Assembly: GCA_002433895.1 (NCBI GenBank) | Contig: DJJA01000004.1 | Coordinates: 24,132 to 88,131, forward strand | Source: Candidatus Gottesmanbacteria bacterium UBA6580 | Lineage (GTDB): Bacteria > Patescibacteriota > Microgenomatia > UBA10105 > UBA927 | Direction of reading: 5' to 3' | DNA length: 64,000 nt | Shown here: positions 61,164 to 64,000 of the stretch, in pieces | How positions within the stretch are numbered: the stretch's first letter is position 1 | Layout of the letters: every line of letters starts with the position of its first letter | Position numbers and translations under genes: made by a program | Notes under the pieces: model-generated | Told to the model about the DNA's origin: nothing | The model's database searches: none | The model's input: only the letters and a program-made list of their open reading frames with translations

Positions 61164-62102
61164 TTAATTAGCACGCGAAACAAAACCGTATATCATTTTG
61201 GAAAGCAATTGCATGTGCTTTGTTGCGGTTGCCTGATCCGATTTCACCATAACGCAAATAATATATGGGCGGTTCGGTACATACACGATGCCGCAGTCGC
61301 TGAAAATCCCCAGTGGGTCGAAGACCCCGATTTTATGCGCAACCGTAATATCGTCGGGGACACCGGCGTCAATCATATCGGCAAATGGGGTTTTGGTAAG
61401 ATACTCCAGTATTGCATACGAATCTTTTCGGTCAAGGTATGAAGAAAGGTAAAGGCTCCGGAGAATCGATGAGTAATTTTTGGGTGAGATGATGGGGTAA
61501 CCGTTCCCGCTATCCACGGTTATATCGAGGTTGTTAAATACATCCTCAATTGCCCCCAGCGGCAATTGGCTGGTAATTGCGCGAAGCGCGGTGTTATCCG
61601 ATTCGACCAAGCTTAAGCGGATTGCTTCTTCAAGGGTTATTGTGGTACCCGCTCCTTTTTTCCACAGTGAGCCAAATCCTTTATGGATATTTTCTTCCTG
61701 GATAACGATGCTGTTATGGAGGGATAAGTTACCCTGCTCGATTTGTTTATAGGCTGCCATAACGACGGGGATTTTTATCAGGCTTGCAAACCGTACCTCG
61801 AGCCGGTCATTTATCCCGATAGATGTACCGGTGGGGAGATACTCAAAATACACGCCGATTTCATCCTTTTGTTTCGCTACATAGTCGTTCATGGCGTTGC
61901 GTAGCGGGACAAAATGGATAAGAAAATCGTTTTGGCTTTCCATAAATATCCTTTTGGAGAGCAGGGGATACTTATTGGCAAGCTCAATGCCCTTGGGGGG
62001 CTGGTTTATTTTGGTGATAAGGAAAAAAAGCGCAAGGTTTATGATAATGCTTATACCTAATATGATAGGAAGATAAATCCGCGGAGAAGTAATCCGATGC
62101 AT
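61164..62102 (-). CDS. class A beta-lactamase-like serine hydrolase, membrane anchored
   Basis: ASLIK (SxxK), SDN, HKIG; N-terminal TM. Confidence 0.88.
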   Translation of the reverse strand: MHRITSPRIYLPIILGISIIINLALFFLITKINQPPKGIELANKYPLLSKRIFMESQNDFLIHFVPLRNAMNDYVAKQKDEIGVYFEYLPTGTSIGINDRLEVRFASLIKIPVVMAAYKQIEQGNLSLHNSIVIQEENIHKGFGSLWKKGAGTTITLEEAIRLSLVESDNTALRAITSQLPLGAIEDVFNNLDITVDSGNGYPIISPKNYSSILRSLYLSSYLDRKDSYAILEYLTKTPFADMIDAGVPDDITVAHKIGVFDPLGIFSDCGIVYVPNRPYIICVMVKSDQATATKHMQLLSKMIYGFVSRAN

Positions 62103-62339
62103 ATCACGATGTAGTATATCCGAAATAGGCAGAGAAACAAGTGAAGAAAAGAAAAAAATTCTGTCGATGGCACGTGCCCATCAAGGGTAACATATGTATC
62201 CAATTATATTGCTATGTAGCATATTAATAAGGTTATTTTATTTGCAATCTGTGAGAAACCGGTGAGGGTCATGTATTGTTATTGCTGACTATTGATTTAT
62301 GCGGCAAATGCGACATACTAGGGAGGTCATCATCGGTAT

Positions 62340-64000
62340 ATGAAGCGGTATCATACTATTATCTGGTTATTGTTGTGTGTTGGTTTCAGTTTTGTGTTGT
62401 ACGGTAGCACGCTTACCGGACAATTTGTTTTTGATGATGAGTATTTCACTCAGCGCCCTGAGCTCCGGTCAGCAGCCTATATTCCCAAAATTTGGTTTGA
62501 GCCGCTAGCTAATGTGGACAATCCGGTACTCGCCGACACCTACCGACCCCTCGTCACGCTGAGCATGATGGGTAATTTTCTTATTTTTGGAGAGAGTCCG
62601 GTATCGTTTCATGCCGTCAATATCGTGTTACACGGATTGGTCACGTGGCTGTTTATCCTGTTGGTGCGCAGATTGACCCGGTCAGTTTTTATCGCGCTCA
62701 TGGCAGGGTCCCTCTTTCTGAGTATGCCGATCCATACCGAAGCAGTGGCATTTATTAAAGCGCGTGAAGAGCTTTTGGGTAGTATATTTTTTCTCGCATC
62801 GTGGCACTTTTTTCTTAACGCAGTAGAGCAAAGGGCAACGCGGCACCGTTTCCTTTTTCTTTCGGCAGCAAGTTATTTTCTCTCGTGTCTATCCAAGGAA
62901 TTTTTACTTATTGGACCGGCGGTAATTATCGGACTTGCGATTATCCAAAATTCGCTTCCTATTGCACAAGCGATCCGTATGACGTTGCCCTATGCAGTCG
63001 TTGCCGCCGGGTATTGCGCAATGTGGTGGGTCGGGTTGGGAGGGAAGTTCCCTTTGGAGAATCTGCATTCCTATGCCGTCAATCCGATTGCATACGCAGA
63101 TATTCCAGTCAGAATCATGACAGCGGTTGCGATCGGCGGGTTATATATCGGTAAAACGATTATCCCGATGGGTCTTTCTGCCACATACCGGTACAATCAT
63201 TTCCCGTTAGTTGAATCGCTCATTGATGGACGGTTTTGGTTTGGCGTGGCGGCACTTTCGGTGTTGCTTTGGGGTATTGTGTGGAAAAAAGCACGGCACA
63301 CAGGGTTGTTTACCGGTGCATGGTGGTTTTTGCTGGCGTATTTCCCGTTTTCCAAATTTATATTTACAGGAGGAGAATATATCGCTGAGCGGTGGGTATA
63401 TATGCCTTCAATGGGGATAACGGTGTTCATGGCGGTGCTACTAGATCGGGTCGTCGCTTCTCGGCGGATTGCCGCCGCAGTAGTGGTTGTCATCATCGTG
63501 GTATACGGTTTTTTGACGGTGCAACGGAATGCAGTGTGGCAAACGCCCGAATCGTTATATAACAGCATGATCCGGTCCGCGCCGAATAGTGTATTCGGAT
63601 ATGTGTGGCTTGCGAGGTTATATCTCTCACAGGGTAAGGTCAATCAGGCAGAGCCGTACGTGGTGAAAGCAGTATCAATTTACCCCGCGCACCATCAGGT
63701 GCAGGCGGTGTATGCTGCTGTGTTACTCCGGAAAAAGCAGTATGATCTGGCGGAAAAAGCAATCCTAAAGGCAATTAATCTGAAGCCGGAATCATCATCG
63801 TATTATTTTTATGCCGTTATTCTGACCCGGTCAGGAAGATATGCGGAAAGTCAGCAGATTATCAACGAATACCTTGAAAAACGCAGACAGCGGGCAGACG
63901 TAAAGTTTTTATCCGCAGTTAATTATTGGCGGTTAGGAGACCACGACAAAGCGCGCGAGTTTTTCGATTGGTCCTCAACACTTTCTGAGGAAGAAAAACG
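62340..64000 (+). CDS. TMTC-like GT-C protein O-mannosyltransferase with TPR repeats (runs off the window)
   Basis: Manual translation: FVFDD, YRPL, FHAVNIVLH, PIHTEAV...REEL, AERWVYMP, RNAVWQT..SLY, then TPR-like helices. Confidence 0.85.
   Translation, partial: MKRYHTIIWLLLCVGFSFVLYGSTLTGQFVFDDEYFTQRPELRSAAYIPKIWFEPLANVDNPVLADTYRPLVTLSMMGNFLIFGESPVSFHAVNIVLHGLVTWLFILLVRRLTRSVFIALMAGSLFLSMPIHTEAVAFIKAREELLGSIFFLASWHFFLNAVEQRATRHRFLFLSAASYFLSCLSKEFLLIGPAVIIGLAIIQNSLPIAQAIRMTLPYAVVAAGYCAMWWVGLGGKFPLENLHSYAVNPIAYADIPVRIMTAVAIGGLYIGKTIIPMGLSATYRYNHFPLVESLIDGRFWFGVAALSVLLWGIVWKKARHTGLFTGAWWFLLAYFPFSKFIFTGGEYIAERWVYMPSMGITVFMAVLLDRVVASRRIAAAVVVVIIVVYGFLTVQRNAVWQTPESLYNSMIRSAPNSVFGYVWLARLYLSQGKVNQAEPYVVKAVSIYPAHHQVQAVYAAVLLRKKQYDLAEKAILKAINLKPESSSYYFYAVILTRSGRYAESQQIINEYLEKRRQRADVKFLSAVNYWRLGDHDKAREFFDWSSTLSEEEK

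Noticed and set aside
1-64000. Alternative genetic code (TGA read as Gly)
   Set aside because: Conserved genes are full length under the standard code and the M16 peptidase ends at TGA

Overview
This window looks like a Patescibacteria (CPR) chromosome segment, most likely Microgenomates-type. That is an inference from gene style: standard code, compact genes, mostly leaderless starts, many small Arg-rich orphans, a sortase with a DUF11 substrate, a PEGA protein and GT-C glycosyltransferases. Recognisable genes are mreB, ndk, glgA, two Maf-like proteins, two tandem adenylate-kinase-like genes, an M16 peptidase, TerC, a WecG/TagA glycosyltransferase, five GT4s, a class A beta-lactamase-like hydrolase, a TMTC-like mannosyltransferase, tRNA-Pro(CGG) and tRNA-Arg(CCT). 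The most unusual locus is 49.1-61.1 kb. There a ~1.3 kb hairpin-rich region with no credible ORF is bracketed by two oppositely oriented arrays of 10-bp direct repeats (TAGTAAAAAC-like). It is followed by a Xis/BldC-like HTH + ~10 TM + dCache protein that is translationally coupled to a 2867-aa protein carrying a ~1640-residue Gly-X-Thr collagen. Other highlights: an SD-led island of Chloroflexi-style lipoprotein genes with two homologous structured leaders, a 1967-aa glycine-zipper/degenerate-GT2 protein, shared terminal peptide motifs among orphans, and tRNA-derived duplications. All calls come from reading the sequence and the ORF track; no searches were run.
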